Below are positions 10,950 through 21,364 of a stretch of 64,000 nt of DNA, one piece after another (position 1 is the stretch's first letter; each line of letters opens with the position of its first letter). The notes beneath the pieces were generated by a model. It was not told the DNA's origin. It worked only from the letters and a program-made list of their open reading frames with translations, and did no database searches. The translations under genes were made by a program, and so were the position numbers. Origin of the DNA: an uncultured Collinsella sp. (GTDB taxonomy: Bacteria > Actinomycetota > Coriobacteriia > Coriobacteriales > Coriobacteriaceae); assembly GCA_902475615.1 (NCBI GenBank), contig CABSAD010000002.1, forward strand, positions 110,287-174,286. Reading direction: 5' to 3'.

Positions 10950-11825
10950 GTGTCGTGGGTTGTCGCAGCATTTGCGTCAGCATTCTTTGCCGGCATCACA
11001 TCCATCTTGGCCAAATGCGGCATCAAGCAGACCGACTCCGATGTCGCGACGGCCATTCGCACCTGCGTGGTGCTCGTTTTCGCCTGGGCAATGGCGGGCA
11101 TTTCTGGATCCATTGGAACCATTGGCAGCATCGAACCCAGATCCTGGCTCTTTCTCGTCCTCTCGGGACTCGCTACCGGTGCTTCGTGGATCTGTTACTT
11201 TAAGGCGTTGAGCATCGGAAATGTCAATAAGGTCGTACCGGTCGACAAGATGAGCGCCGTGCTCGCCGCGCTGGTCGCCATCGCGCTTTTTGACGAGACG
11301 AGCAACCTTGCGGTTAAGCTCGTGGGAACCGCTGTCATCACCCTCGGCACGTTTTTAATGATCGAGAAGAAGCAGTCCGCCGAACCCGAGCAGCAGCAAG
11401 ACCGAACCTGGCTCGCTTACGCCCTCGGCGCCGCCGTGTTCGCGGCACTCACCTCCGTCCTCGCCAAGATCGGCATCGAAGGCGTTGAGTCAAACCTGGC
11501 CACGGCAATCCGCACCTGCGTGGTACTGGTTATGGCATGGGCAATCGTGGCAGCCAAGGGAAAACTGGAGCAGGTCGCGCACGTTGACCGGCGCGAACTC
11601 ACATTTCTCGCAACATCGGGCATCGCGACTGGAGCATCGTGGCTGCTCTATTACTATGCCATCGCTGCAGGCCAGGTGAGTGTCGTGGTGCAGATCGACA
11701 AACTATCGATTGTCGTATCGGTGCTATTTGCGCACCTGGCATTCAACGAAAAACTCTCCCGCCGCAGCGCCATCGGTCTCGTCCTCATCGTACTGGGCAC
11801 CGCCGCGCTTGCAATTTGGAAGTAG
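10950..11825 (+). CDS. EamA/DMT family transporter (GTG start)
   Basis: Two internally repeated EamA domains (ATAIRTCVVLV...AWA occurs twice) and 10 TM helices. Confidence 0.8.
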   Translation: MSWVVAAFASAFFAGITSILAKCGIKQTDSDVATAIRTCVVLVFAWAMAGISGSIGTIGSIEPRSWLFLVLSGLATGASWICYFKALSIGNVNKVVPVDKMSAVLAALVAIALFDETSNLAVKLVGTAVITLGTFLMIEKKQSAEPEQQQDRTWLAYALGAAVFAALTSVLAKIGIEGVESNLATAIRTCVVLVMAWAIVAAKGKLEQVAHVDRRELTFLATSGIATGASWLLYYYAIAAGQVSVVVQIDKLSIVVSVLFAHLAFNEKLSRRSAIGLVLIVLGTAALAIWK

Positions 11826-11919
11826 CGCCGATACCGAACGAAATCCAGTCCACCCGCAAATCCGTGACAGAGCGCCCGCACCGGACTTGAGATGTTTGTA
11901 CTGACCGCGCGCTGCCGTG

Positions 11920-13224
11920 CTACTTGCGCAGCGGCTTGGGCAGCGGAATGCCGGCGGCGATGGCTGCGGCAATGATCATGCAGACGATGCCCTTGAGCGG
12001 GAAGCACATGAGCAGCAGGCCCACGACCATGACGGGCTGGCGCATGACGGCGCCCATCGTCGATGCCGTGCAGACGGCGACGCAAAAGACCGGATCTGCG
12101 CCGGTGAGGATGGCAAGGCCATAGCCCAGGCTTACGCCCGAGAAGATAACCGGGAAGAAGTGGCCGCCGCGCCAGCCAAGGCTGATGAGGGCGGGCGTCA
12201 GCATGGCCTTAACAAGACCGGTCGCGATAAGCACGCCGGCAGGAATGGTGAGGTAGGTCTCCATAAGTACATCGGCCTGGGTCTCGCCGGCAAACATGGT
12301 GTAGGGCAAGACCGTGCCGCAGATGGCGAGCGCCAGACCGGCCAGCATGGCCTTGACGACAGGACGCTCCCCTATTGCATGGGACAGCGCCTCGCTCGCG
12401 TGCTCCGAGACAAAGTACAGCCAGCCGCAAACGGTGCCAACCAACGCCAGCGGGATGAGCCAGGCAAGCTCCAGGTTGCCCACCTCGGCGGCCTCGAACC
12501 TGGGCATGCCCATGCCGCCGCCCATAACCTGGCCGAGCAGCAGATAGGTGCCCAGGCCGCCGGCAATCGCAATACCGTAGACCACAGTCTTCTGTGCCTT
12601 GGGCAGTTTGATGGTGATCTCGCCGGACGCGGACCCATCGCCGGCGTCTTCGCCCTGGCCGTCGGCGCTACCGGCGAGCGGCGCCACAAAGCCAAAGACG
12701 GGCGCGGTAAAGAGCGCCGTCAGCGCGGCCTGGGTGCCCAACAGCGTGAGCTCCCTGAACTCGGCGCCAAAGCGGCGCATGCGGTCGCCGACCCAGCTGC
12801 ACAGACCCGCGATAACGCCGGTCAGGCCGGCCTCCGGTCCAATACTTCCGCCAAACAGCAGCGGCAGCAATGCCGCGAGCGAAAGCTTGCCCAGGTTGTC
12901 GTACGGGTAGCGCCCGTCTTGCTTAACCTTAGCCATCACCTGGTTGAGGTCGTCGGTCTTGGTGCCCGTAAGCTTTTCGTACAGGCCGATCAGCAGGCCG
13001 CCCAGCAGGCAGACGAAAAACGGATACGGCAGAAAACCGAACGGGCCGCTGGCGAGTTCGGGCGACGCCGCGCCCAGCATGTGGGGGATCTCGGTCCACA
13101 GATAGTCGATACCGTGCTCCATCGCAAAAAAGAACAGCCAGACCGCGGCACCTGCGAACGCACCGGTCACGGCAACGCTAACTAAAAACAGCACGCGGTT
13201 TGTGGGTTTGGCAAGGTTGTCCAT
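11920..13224 (-). CDS. ClC family voltage-gated chloride channel
   Basis: 434-aa polytopic protein with ClC selectivity-filter-like motifs (GGSIGPEAG, GHFFP). Confidence 0.75.
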   Translation of the reverse strand: MDNLAKPTNRVLFLVSVAVTGAFAGAAVWLFFFAMEHGIDYLWTEIPHMLGAASPELASGPFGFLPYPFFVCLLGGLLIGLYEKLTGTKTDDLNQVMAKVKQDGRYPYDNLGKLSLAALLPLLFGGSIGPEAGLTGVIAGLCSWVGDRMRRFGAEFRELTLLGTQAALTALFTAPVFGFVAPLAGSADGQGEDAGDGSASGEITIKLPKAQKTVVYGIAIAGGLGTYLLLGQVMGGGMGMPRFEAAEVGNLELAWLIPLALVGTVCGWLYFVSEHASEALSHAIGERPVVKAMLAGLALAICGTVLPYTMFAGETQADVLMETYLTIPAGVLIATGLVKAMLTPALISLGWRGGHFFPVIFSGVSLGYGLAILTGADPVFCVAVCTASTMGAVMRQPVMVVGLLLMCFPLKGIVCMIIAAAIAAGIPLPKPLRK

Positions 13225-13349
13225 CGGGTCCTCCCGCGGTCAAAGTCGACATAGTTATGTTTTATTGTAGAGCGAGCGTTGCCCAGACAAGCCAACCATC
13301 TGCGCCACAAACGGCACCATTGGGAGTCATAGTGGGGCAGGCTCAAGAC

Positions 13350-13883
13350 TTATCCGTTGATAATCGAGACAATCTCGCGCAAATCGTCGGCAAAGTAGAT
13401 GCCTTGCTGGCGCCTCGGGCTCGAAAGCCCCTTATCAATCATGTGCCCGAGCAGCGCCTTGAGGTCGTTGTAGTAACCGTCAAGGTTATACAGGATGCAC
13501 GGAGCACTCAGGTGCCCCAACGACACCGCGGACATGACCTCGGCAATCTCCTCGAGCGTGCCCGTCCCACCGGGAAAGGCGATGAACGCATCGCCGAGCT
13601 CAATCATCTTGGCTTTGCGCTCGGCCATATCGCTCGTCACGATGAGGTCATCGATGCCGTCGTGCTGAAACTCGGCCTCTATAAAAAAGCTCGGCTCAAC
13701 GCCCGTCACGTGTCCACCTGCCCCGAGTACGCTATCGGCGAGCGCGCCCATCAGGCCCGATTTGGACCCGCCGTATACCAGCGCGTGCCCGTTGGAGCCA
13801 ATCCAGTTGCCCAGCTCTTGCACCGCAGGCAGAAACGCCGGGTCATTGCCGACGCTGGCGCCCAGGTATACCGTGATATTCAT
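13350..13883 (-). CDS. LOG family protein (cytokinin riboside 5'-monophosphate phosphoribohydrolase-like, TIGR00730)
   Basis: GGSKSGLMG and PGGTGTLEE motifs. Confidence 0.9.
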   Translation of the reverse strand: MNITVYLGASVGNDPAFLPAVQELGNWIGSNGHALVYGGSKSGLMGALADSVLGAGGHVTGVEPSFFIEAEFQHDGIDDLIVTSDMAERKAKMIELGDAFIAFPGGTGTLEEIAEVMSAVSLGHLSAPCILYNLDGYYNDLKALLGHMIDKGLSSPRRQQGIYFADDLREIVSIING

Positions 13884-13919
13884 ATTCAGTCCCCCTCGTC
13901 GTGACGCGCGGCGCCCGTT

Positions 13920-14405
13920 CTAGCGTTGGCGTCGGCGATATTCGCGCACACGGCGCGACAGGTCGGCGAGCTCGTCACGATCGAGCTCTTCCAAATGCTC
14001 CAGATCGTCCATAAAGCGCGCCATGGTGTCCTTTTGGCGCAGCTTGATGAGCATATTGCAGTAGTTCACCGCCACACCCGTGAGCATGGCGATGTAGAAG
14101 ATGCTGATAACGCTCAGGACGACGGTAATAGCGCGAGCGACCGGCGTTTCGGCCGGGATATCGCCAAAGCCGATGGTCGAGACCGTCTCAAAGCTAAACC
14201 AGAGACCATCGCCAAACGTGAGGGTCGTGGGCTCGGACAGCCAGACAGCCGTCGAGCACAGCAGATAGAAGATAAGAAACAGGCCCGTGATGCGCGCAAA
14301 GCCAGCCTGGCGCAACACGTCGGCAAGCGTCCTCAACTTGTTCATCGCGACCCCTTTTCTCAGATGCCCAATCACATTCGCTCGGTATTGTCCCACATCC
14401 GGCAC
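13920..14405 (-). CDS. two-TM potassium channel family protein
   Basis: Selectivity filter TIGFGD between two TM helices. The start may be the internal MNKLRTL. Confidence 0.8.
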   Translation of the reverse strand: MPDVGQYRANVIGHLRKGVAMNKLRTLADVLRQAGFARITGLFLIFYLLCSTAVWLSEPTTLTFGDGLWFSFETVSTIGFGDIPAETPVARAITVVLSVISIFYIAMLTGVAVNYCNMLIKLRQKDTMARFMDDLEHLEELDRDELADLSRRVREYRRRQR

Positions 14406-14537
14406 TTGAGGACGTTCCTTTTGTGCCGGCAGAAAGGGACTGTCCCCAAGTGCTGGGAGGAACCGTTTAGCGGCGCAACTGCCGGCTAGGCAGGCTGAGC
14501 TGGTATCCTTGTGCGGTAATGTCTCGATTCGTTAGGA

Positions 14538-17348
14538 TTGCATGTGAGAGCTTCCGCTGTCCTTCGTTCAGTTATATATCGCACCCTGGCCGTCGCGCTT
14601 GCCGCGCTCGCCGTACTGAGCACCATCATGCCCGCCCCCGCCTTTGCCGCCGGCTCCGATCAACAGGTCAAAACGGTCCGCGTTGGTTGGCTCGTCAGCA
14701 ACGAGGGCTTCCAGGACGGCACCCCCGGCGAGCGCCTCTCGGGATGGGGTTACGAGTACCTCCAGACCCTGTCGTACTATACGCCCGGCTGGCAGTACGA
14801 ATACGTCTCCGGCACCTTCACCGAACTTATGGACATGCTCGAGGCGGGCGAAATCGACCTCATGCCCAACATCTCCTACTCCGAGGAACGCGCCCAAAAG
14901 CTGCTCTTTTCCTCGAACCCCGAGGGCACCGAGCGCTACTACATCTATGCCAGGCCCGATCGCGACGATCTAGCCAAGGGTGACCCCCAAGCGCTCCAAG
15001 GCCTTACCATCGGCTGCAACCCCGGCGTTATGCAAACCTTCGTTGGCCAGCAGTGGCTCGCCAACGAAGGAATCACCTGCACATACAGGGAGTATGACGG
15101 AGGATCCGATCTCTTTGACGCGCTCGCAAACGACGAAGTCGATGCCGTCATCATGAACGACACGACCTCGTCGCCCAGTGCCTCCCCCATGTTCTACATC
15201 GGCTCGAGCGACTACTATTTTGCCGTTCCCAAAAGCCGCCCCGACCTGTTGGACGACATCAATGCCGCCATGACAGCAATCGCCCGCGTCAACCCACGCT
15301 ATATCGACGAAGTCAAATCTAACTACTCGGCCCAAAACAGCGGTTCATCATCGCTCAACGGTCCCGAACGTTCCTGGCTCAAAGCAAATGACAGCACCAT
15401 CACGCTCGGCTACATTACAGGCAAACTCCCCTACTGTAACGAAGACGAAGACGGCGAAATGGAAGGTTCGCTCGCATCGCTTGCGACGACGCTGCACGAT
15501 AAATTTGGCATTACGGTCAAAACCGTCGCCTTTGATAGCTACAAGATGATGTCAAAGGCCCTGTCAAAGGGAAGCATAGACGTTGCGCTGCCGGTATACC
15601 GAGATTACTGGTTTGCCGAGCAAACAGGCGTTGTGCAGTCGGTATCGTTGGGGACCATGTCCCTCACTGCCATCCACACCGGCAGCAACCTGAACAAAGA
15701 CCTCCAGAACATCGCCTGCACCAAATCATCGTTTATCAACAAAAATGCACTTGAAAGTCTGTTCCCCACAGCGGCCGTAACCGAATACCAATCCGGCGAT
15801 GAAGTGTTCGACGCCCTCAGGAAGGGAACGGCGCACTGCATCGTCGCTCCCAGTTCACGCGTAAAAACCATTGGCGACCGTCATGATCTCGAGGGCTACG
15901 AGACGGTCGAGCTCCCTGGCACCTGTGAGCTCTCGTGCTGGATTTCGCGCGGAAAGCCCGAGCTGTTGGGAATCATCAACAAGGGCATCATCAATGCCGG
16001 AGAATCGCTCTCCGCAAGCAATTACTCCTCCACGTCGTACACAGCCCAGGAATCCGACACGCTTCGATTCCTTTATCGCAACCGCGCCGCTATTGCCGCT
16101 GCCCTCATCGGTATGTTGTCGGTCGGCATCGTCCTGCTCATCTGGACGCTCGTGCGCGCTCGAACCGAGCGCGAAAAAGCCGATGCCGCCAACGCCGCTA
16201 AGACGGCATTCCTCACGCGCATGAGCCACGACATCCGTACGCCACTCAACGGCATCCTGGGTCTTATCGAAATTGAGGAATTGAAAGACGGCGACATGCA
16301 GGCCGCCCGCGAAAGCCGCGCCAAGGCGCGTGTTGCCGCCAATCACCTACTCTCGCTGATCAACGACATCCTCGAGATGGGCAAAATCGAAGACCGCAAG
16401 CTAACTCTGGAACATGCGCCTTTTAACCTCAAAGAGCTCTGTGACGATACGCTGGTGCTGTGCAAGCTCCGCGCATCCGATAACGGCATCACAATGCAGG
16501 ACAATAGTCTGCCGTACGCCACGGGGCCATACATGATCGGCAGTCCCACCCATATCCGACAGATCATAATCAACCTGTTAGACAACAGCATTAAGTACAA
16601 CAAGCACGGCGGCTCCGTCACCTTTAGTTCAAAGACCAAGCCACTCGATGATGGGCGCGCGCTCTTTTGCTTTAGTGTTTCGGATACTGGCATTGGCATG
16701 GCTCCCGAGTTTTTAAAGCATATCTATGAACCGTTTGCCCAAGAAGGTGATGATGCGCGCAGCAAGTTCCAAGGAACCGGCATGGGCATGCCAATCGTCA
16801 AGTCGCTTATTGAACTGATGGGCGGTACGATTGAGATTTCGAGTGAGGTTGGCGTGGGGAGTACGTTCAACGTCCAGATTCCGCTCGATATCGACAAGAA
16901 CCCTCAGGCGCGGGCAGATACGGTCGAGAGGGTGCTCGACTGCTCGCTCGCCGACATGAACGTGCTGCTCGCCGAAGACAACGAATTGAATGCCGAGATT
17001 GCCCAGACGCTGCTAGAATCCGAGGGCGTCGTGGTCACCCGCGCCGCCAATGGCAACGAAGTCGTCGATCTGTACCTGTCACATCCCGCCGGCAGCTTCG
17101 ATGCGATTCTGATGGACATCATGATGCCAGGCATGGACGGCTATGAGGCAACCCGCGCGATTCGTCTGAGTGAGAAGGCCGATGCAGCCGATATCCCCAT
17201 CATCGCGCTCACCGCCAACGCCTTTGCCGAGGACGCCAAGGCGGCACACGATGCCGGCATGAACGCCCATCTGTCCAAACCGATCGACTTTAACAAGCTC
17301 AAAAACACACTCGCCCGCATCAAGAAATACGGAGCTGTTTCGCTATAG
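14538..17348 (+). CDS. hybrid sensor histidine kinase/response regulator with two periplasmic solute-binding (SBP_bac_3-like) domains
   Basis: Signal peptide, two substrate-binding-like domains, a TM segment, HisKA (SHDIRTPLNGI), HATPase_c (GTGMGMPIV) and a C-terminal REC domain (LLAEDNELN...DIMMPGMDG). Confidence 0.85.
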   Translation: MHVRASAVLRSVIYRTLAVALAALAVLSTIMPAPAFAAGSDQQVKTVRVGWLVSNEGFQDGTPGERLSGWGYEYLQTLSYYTPGWQYEYVSGTFTELMDMLEAGEIDLMPNISYSEERAQKLLFSSNPEGTERYYIYARPDRDDLAKGDPQALQGLTIGCNPGVMQTFVGQQWLANEGITCTYREYDGGSDLFDALANDEVDAVIMNDTTSSPSASPMFYIGSSDYYFAVPKSRPDLLDDINAAMTAIARVNPRYIDEVKSNYSAQNSGSSSLNGPERSWLKANDSTITLGYITGKLPYCNEDEDGEMEGSLASLATTLHDKFGITVKTVAFDSYKMMSKALSKGSIDVALPVYRDYWFAEQTGVVQSVSLGTMSLTAIHTGSNLNKDLQNIACTKSSFINKNALESLFPTAAVTEYQSGDEVFDALRKGTAHCIVAPSSRVKTIGDRHDLEGYETVELPGTCELSCWISRGKPELLGIINKGIINAGESLSASNYSSTSYTAQESDTLRFLYRNRAAIAAALIGMLSVGIVLLIWTLVRARTEREKADAANAAKTAFLTRMSHDIRTPLNGILGLIEIEELKDGDMQAARESRAKARVAANHLLSLINDILEMGKIEDRKLTLEHAPFNLKELCDDTLVLCKLRASDNGITMQDNSLPYATGPYMIGSPTHIRQIIINLLDNSIKYNKHGGSVTFSSKTKPLDDGRALFCFSVSDTGIGMAPEFLKHIYEPFAQEGDDARSKFQGTGMGMPIVKSLIELMGGTIEISSEVGVGSTFNVQIPLDIDKNPQARADTVERVLDCSLADMNVLLAEDNELNAEIAQTLLESEGVVVTRAANGNEVVDLYLSHPAGSFDAILMDIMMPGMDGYEATRAIRLSEKADAADIPIIALTANAFAEDAKAAHDAGMNAHLSKPIDFNKLKNTLARIKKYGAVSL

Positions 17349-17386
17349 TTTGTGCTCAACCACCATACGCAGCAGAAAGGAAGCCA

Positions 17387-17869
17387 ATGATGTTTAGGCC
17401 CTTACGTCGAAAGAAACGCGCCATCACTGACGAGGAAGCGCGCAAGTTGCTCGCCACCTGCAAGCGCGGCGTCTTTGCCGTCAACGGCGATGATGGCTAC
17501 CCCTATGCCATTCCCGTCAACTACTTCTTTGACGCCGAGCACGACAAGATTTATTTCCATGGCGCCAAAGCCGGCCACAAGGTCGACGCACTCAAACGCG
17601 ATGACAAGATCTGCTTTACCGTTTACGGCAACGAGTGGTACAAGGACGGTGACTGGGCTCCCTACGTTATGAGTACTGTGGTCTTTGGCCGCTGTCGCCT
17701 GGTTGATGAGGCGCCTGCATTCATCGAGGACAAAGTCCGCCAGCTCGCGCTTAAGTACTACCCTTCTGCCGAAGAAGTCGAGGAGGAAATCGCCAAGGAC
17801 ATTAAGGGCGTCCAGCTCTACGAGATTACGATTGAGCATCTCTGCGGTAAGCAGATTCAGGAAAAATAA
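17387..17869 (+). CDS. pyridoxamine 5'-phosphate oxidase family protein (NimA/nitroimidazole-reductase-like FMN-binding split barrel)
   Basis: 160 aa with GVFAVNGDDGYPYAIPVNYF and the conserved KICFTV region. Confidence 0.8.
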   Translation: MMFRPLRRKKRAITDEEARKLLATCKRGVFAVNGDDGYPYAIPVNYFFDAEHDKIYFHGAKAGHKVDALKRDDKICFTVYGNEWYKDGDWAPYVMSTVVFGRCRLVDEAPAFIEDKVRQLALKYYPSAEEVEEEIAKDIKGVQLYEITIEHLCGKQIQEK

Positions 17870-17916
17870 ACCTCCGCAGCAGGTCTGCGCCCAATGGTTA
17901 CAGATGCCTTACCACA

Positions 17917-17949
17917 CGGGGCCTTCCAGCCGACTTGGCAGAAGGCCCC
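17917..17949. terminator. hairpin between convergent PNPOx-like and patB genes
   Basis: Stem ggggccttc / gaaggcccc. Confidence 0.5.
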
Positions 17950-17964
17950 GCATGCAGGGCACAC

Positions 17965-19179
17965 TTACCGTGCATTAAAAACGTAACGGTCTAGGCGGTC
18001 GCACGCTTCCCTTACGCGCGAAAGCGGCAGCGCCAGATTCACGCGAATGTGGCAGGGCCCGTGGAACGGGCGGCCGTCCTGATATCCCACGCCCACGCGC
18101 GCCCCCTCGTCGAGCAGCCACTGAATATCGCGGCCATGCTCGCGACACCACTCCGTGCAGTCCAGAAACACCATGTACGTGCCCTGCGGACGTGAAAACG
18201 CGACGCCCTTCCATTGTTTTTCTGCATACGTGCAGAAGTACTCGATATTGCCGGCAAGCACCTGGTTGAGTTCGTCCACCCACTCGTAGCCTTGCGGCTG
18301 GTAGGCACCGATAAGCGCATGCATGGAGAGGACATTCATTTCATTGTAGTGAGTCTTGTTAGACACAGCGCATATGCGGTCGCGCAGCGTCTCGTTGTAG
18401 ATAATGTGGTAGCTGCCGACCAAGCCCGCCAGGTTGAACGTCTTGCTGGGCGCGTAGAGGGCAACCGTACGCATGCGGGCATCCTCGCTCACCGACTGCG
18501 TCGGGATATGCTTGTGCCCCGGCAGGATGATATCGGACCAAATCTCGTCCGAGATCACCACGCAATCGTGCTGGCGATAGATGTCCATGGCGCGCTCGAT
18601 CTCGTCGCGCTCCCATACGCGGCCGCAGGGATTGTGCGGCGAGCAGAACACCGCGGCATGGATGTGGTTTTGGGCGAGCTTGCGCTCCATGTCCTCAAAG
18701 TCCATACGCCACACGCCCCGGTCGTCGAGCTTAAGCGGGCTGTGGACAATACGATAGCCCGCGGCCTCGATGGACTTGGTAAAGCCGATGTAGGTAGGGC
18801 TGTGGACCAGCACCGCATCGCCTGGCTGGACATACGCGCGTAGCGTCGACACGACACCGCCCAGCACGCCGTTTTCGTAGCCGATATGCTCCGGCGCCAG
18901 GCCTTCGACGCCATTACGGCGGCTCTGCCATTCGATGGTGCGGTCGAAGTACTCGGGACGCGGATTGAAGTAGCCAAACATGGGGTGCTGAGCGCGCTTG
19001 ATGATGTACTCCTGAACCGTGGGCACCGTGGCGAAGTTCATGTCGGCCACCCACATGGGAATGCGGTCGAAGCCCTCGTCGGGTGCGTTCGGAGCCATAC
19101 CGGGGATCTCGCCCCAAGAGTCAACGGCGATGGCATCCATGCCGTGGCGGTCGATAAGCGAGCTAAAGTCGTATTTCAT
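17965..19179 (-). CDS. MalY/PatB family PLP-dependent C-S lyase (aminotransferase class I/II)
   Basis: 404 aa with a PLP-lysine region (SKTFNLAGL) and MalY/PatB-typical termini. Confidence 0.85.
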   Translation of the reverse strand: MKYDFSSLIDRHGMDAIAVDSWGEIPGMAPNAPDEGFDRIPMWVADMNFATVPTVQEYIIKRAQHPMFGYFNPRPEYFDRTIEWQSRRNGVEGLAPEHIGYENGVLGGVVSTLRAYVQPGDAVLVHSPTYIGFTKSIEAAGYRIVHSPLKLDDRGVWRMDFEDMERKLAQNHIHAAVFCSPHNPCGRVWERDEIERAMDIYRQHDCVVISDEIWSDIILPGHKHIPTQSVSEDARMRTVALYAPSKTFNLAGLVGSYHIIYNETLRDRICAVSNKTHYNEMNVLSMHALIGAYQPQGYEWVDELNQVLAGNIEYFCTYAEKQWKGVAFSRPQGTYMVFLDCTEWCREHGRDIQWLLDEGARVGVGYQDGRPFHGPCHIRVNLALPLSRVREACDRLDRYVFNAR

Positions 19180-19291
19180 GCTGAGCTCCCGTGCAAAGTA
19201 GGCTGTTTCGATAGGCGTTATTGTCCACCAGCGTAGGCGATTTTGGCATGGGGTTTGCTGTTGATTTTGACGGATACGGGCGGATGGCAGA

Positions 19292-20038
19292 TTAGTCTTG
19301 AGCGTCGTTGATGGCGGTTACCGTCAACCCGGCTCCGTCGACCGTAAACGATATGTCGAGCCCGGCGTAAGCCAAATGGTAAACGCGGTTTGGCTCGTGC
19401 TTGCTGCCCGCACGGCGCGGATCTTGGCGCAGGACCTCGACCAAGCCAGGGAGCTTTGCGCTTGGAACTTTGTCTTGCAGTGCTTGCGGGAACTCGACGT
19501 CGAGCTCTTGCCACGGCGCGTCTTCAATCCAGCCGCCCGTCGCATCCGGGTGACAGTCGGCAAATGGAATGTAGGGCTTAATGTCGTAGATGGGCGTGCC
19601 GTCGCGCAGATCGGCCCCCAGCACATGGATGATGGGGCCATCGTCGGTGAGCTCGACACGATCGAGCTTGACGCAGGTAAGCCCGATGGGATTAGGGCGA
19701 AACGGACTGCGCGTGGCAAACACGCCCACGCGCTCGGCTCCACCCAGACGCGGCGGGCGCACAGTTTTCGACCACTTGGCATTGGTGCCGGGCCTGTCCT
19801 GCGTCTTGGCATCGGTAGCTATGTCCTTAGCCGTGCCGCCGGGCGTTCCGTTTTCAAAGCGCCACAGCAGCCACAGGTGAGAGAAGGAGTCTAGACCCTC
19901 AACCGCTGCATTGGAGGCAAATTCCGGCTCAAAAACGATGCGTCCCTGCAGATGGGGCGCCAAAAAGCTGTTGCGCGGAATGCCGAACTTCTGCGGCAGG
20001 TCGGTATGTATGTGTGCGATAGGTTCCATGCCGGTCAT
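19292..20038 (-). CDS. tsaA: tRNA (N6-threonylcarbamoyladenosine37-N6)-methyltransferase TsaA (YaeB family)
   Basis: The C-terminal 249 aa of the long ORF (MTGMEPIAHIHTDLPQKFGIPR..., GLTCVKL, KPYIP) match YaeB/TsaA. The N-terminal extension to 20890 is rejected. Confidence 0.75.
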   Translation of the reverse strand: MTGMEPIAHIHTDLPQKFGIPRNSFLAPHLQGRIVFEPEFASNAAVEGLDSFSHLWLLWRFENGTPGGTAKDIATDAKTQDRPGTNAKWSKTVRPPRLGGAERVGVFATRSPFRPNPIGLTCVKLDRVELTDDGPIIHVLGADLRDGTPIYDIKPYIPFADCHPDATGGWIEDAPWQELDVEFPQALQDKVPSAKLPGLVEVLRQDPRRAGSKHEPNRVYHLAYAGLDISFTVDGAGLTVTAINDAQD

Positions 20039-20170
20039 TGTACGGCATGGAGGTGTGGGGCGTTGCGTGCAATTCTTCGCCGCGGTCCCCCGTCGTGCAA
20101 CCAACGGTTGCTTGGAAGGGCGCCTGCTGCCGCGTATGCTTAAGCCATCAACCAGCAGAAAGGAGCCGTT

Positions 20171-20998
20171 ATGGCCTTTGCAGAAAAGCTCATCGCTGTC
20201 CGTCGCGCTCATCACCTCACCCAAGAGCAACTCGCCGCCAAGCTCTTCGTCACACGCCAAGCCGTCAGCCGTTGGGAGCGTGGCGAGGTCACACCGGGCA
20301 TCGACATGATGAAGCTCATCGCCGCCGTGACCGGCGAGCCCCTGTCTCATCTGCTCGAAATGCCCGAGCGCTATTGCCAGAGCTGCGGCATGATACTCAC
20401 GCCCGACGACTGCGGCACCGATGCCACGGGCGCCGCGACCGACCATTACTGCAAGTGGTGCTACGACCACGGCCAGTACACCTACGACACCACGATGGAG
20501 GCAATGATCGAGGACTGTGCCCCGCGCCTGGCACAAAACACCGGCATGTCGCTCGACGAAGCCGTCTCGCTCATGGGCGCCGTCCTGCCGCAACTGGAGC
20601 GCTGGCGCGCCGTGCAAGAAAACGAGGAGCGCTACGGTGCCGAGGCGCGGGCGCGCTATGGCGATGAGGCTATCGATGCGGCAAACGGGACGCTGCTGGA
20701 CATGGATCCTCAGACATGGAACGACATGAAGGAACTTGAACGCGCTATTCTGGGTCAGCTCTCGATTGCCATGGGCGACGGCGATGCGGATGGAAGCGAG
20801 GCTCGCAAGCTCGTCGCGATGCATCGTCGTTGGATTGGTCTCAACTGGGGACGCGAACCCCAGAACGAGGCGTATCTGGGGCTCGCCCACGACTATCTTG
20901 CCGACCAGCGCTTTATTGACTACTACGACAAGCCCTGCGGCGCCGGAGCCACGGCGTTTCTGGTCCAGGCGATCGAGTCGTCGTTGACGCGCGCATAG
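20171..20998 (+). CDS. XRE-family HTH regulator fused to a zinc ribbon and a TipAS-like C-terminal domain
   Basis: N-terminal HTH_3 (LTQEQLAAKLFVTRQAVSRWERGE), a CxxC...CxxC ribbon (CQSCG...CKWCYDHG), and a C-terminus resembling the TipAS antibiotic-recognition domain (YGDEA...MHRRWIGLNWG...YLGLAHDYLADQRFIDYYD). Confidence 0.7.
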   Translation: MAFAEKLIAVRRAHHLTQEQLAAKLFVTRQAVSRWERGEVTPGIDMMKLIAAVTGEPLSHLLEMPERYCQSCGMILTPDDCGTDATGAATDHYCKWCYDHGQYTYDTTMEAMIEDCAPRLAQNTGMSLDEAVSLMGAVLPQLERWRAVQENEERYGAEARARYGDEAIDAANGTLLDMDPQTWNDMKELERAILGQLSIAMGDGDADGSEARKLVAMHRRWIGLNWGREPQNEAYLGLAHDYLADQRFIDYYDKPCGAGATAFLVQAIESSLTRA

Positions 20999-21049
20999 AC
21001 CGCGGCGGCTTTGGGTATTTCAATCAAAACCGCAACCGATTGGAGACCT

Positions 21050-21295
21050 ATGGCTACTAATCATGAGCTCGCGCTGTACGTTATGACCGGCTGCCCGTAT
21101 TGCATAAAGGTCAAGCGTTTCCTTGCCGATAACGGCGTGACCATTCCCGAGCGCAATATCTCGACCGATACCGATGCCGAGCAGACGCTCATCGCCGTCG
21201 GCGGAAAACGCCAGGTTCCCTGCCTGTTCATCGACGGCAAGCCACTCTACGAATCGAGCGACATCATCGCGTGGGCGCAGGAGAACCTGCTCTAG
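21050..21295 (+). CDS. glutaredoxin family protein
   Basis: CPYC active site, GG motif and length of about 80 aa. The ORF opens at 21011, but MATNHE... is the likely start. Confidence 0.8.
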   Translation: MATNHELALYVMTGCPYCIKVKRFLADNGVTIPERNISTDTDAEQTLIAVGGKRQVPCLFIDGKPLYESSDIIAWAQENLL

Positions 21296-21300
21296 AGCAG

Positions 21301-21364
21301 CATAGTCATCGGGGACGTTCTTAAATGACTAGTCGTTAAAGTGCGTCCCCAACGACTAACTAGC
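21301..21364. repeat. 62-bp palindromic element, copy B
   Basis: About 80% identical to 685..746, with a ggggacg...cgtcccc hairpin. It overlaps the stop codon of the dus gene. Confidence 0.7.

Noticed and set aside
19292-20890. 532-aa form of the tsaA ORF
   Set aside because: Only the C-terminal 249 aa match TsaA/YaeB. The N-terminal extension is antisense to the well-supported XRE-TipAS gene, and the in-frame ATG at 20038 gives a normal-length protein.
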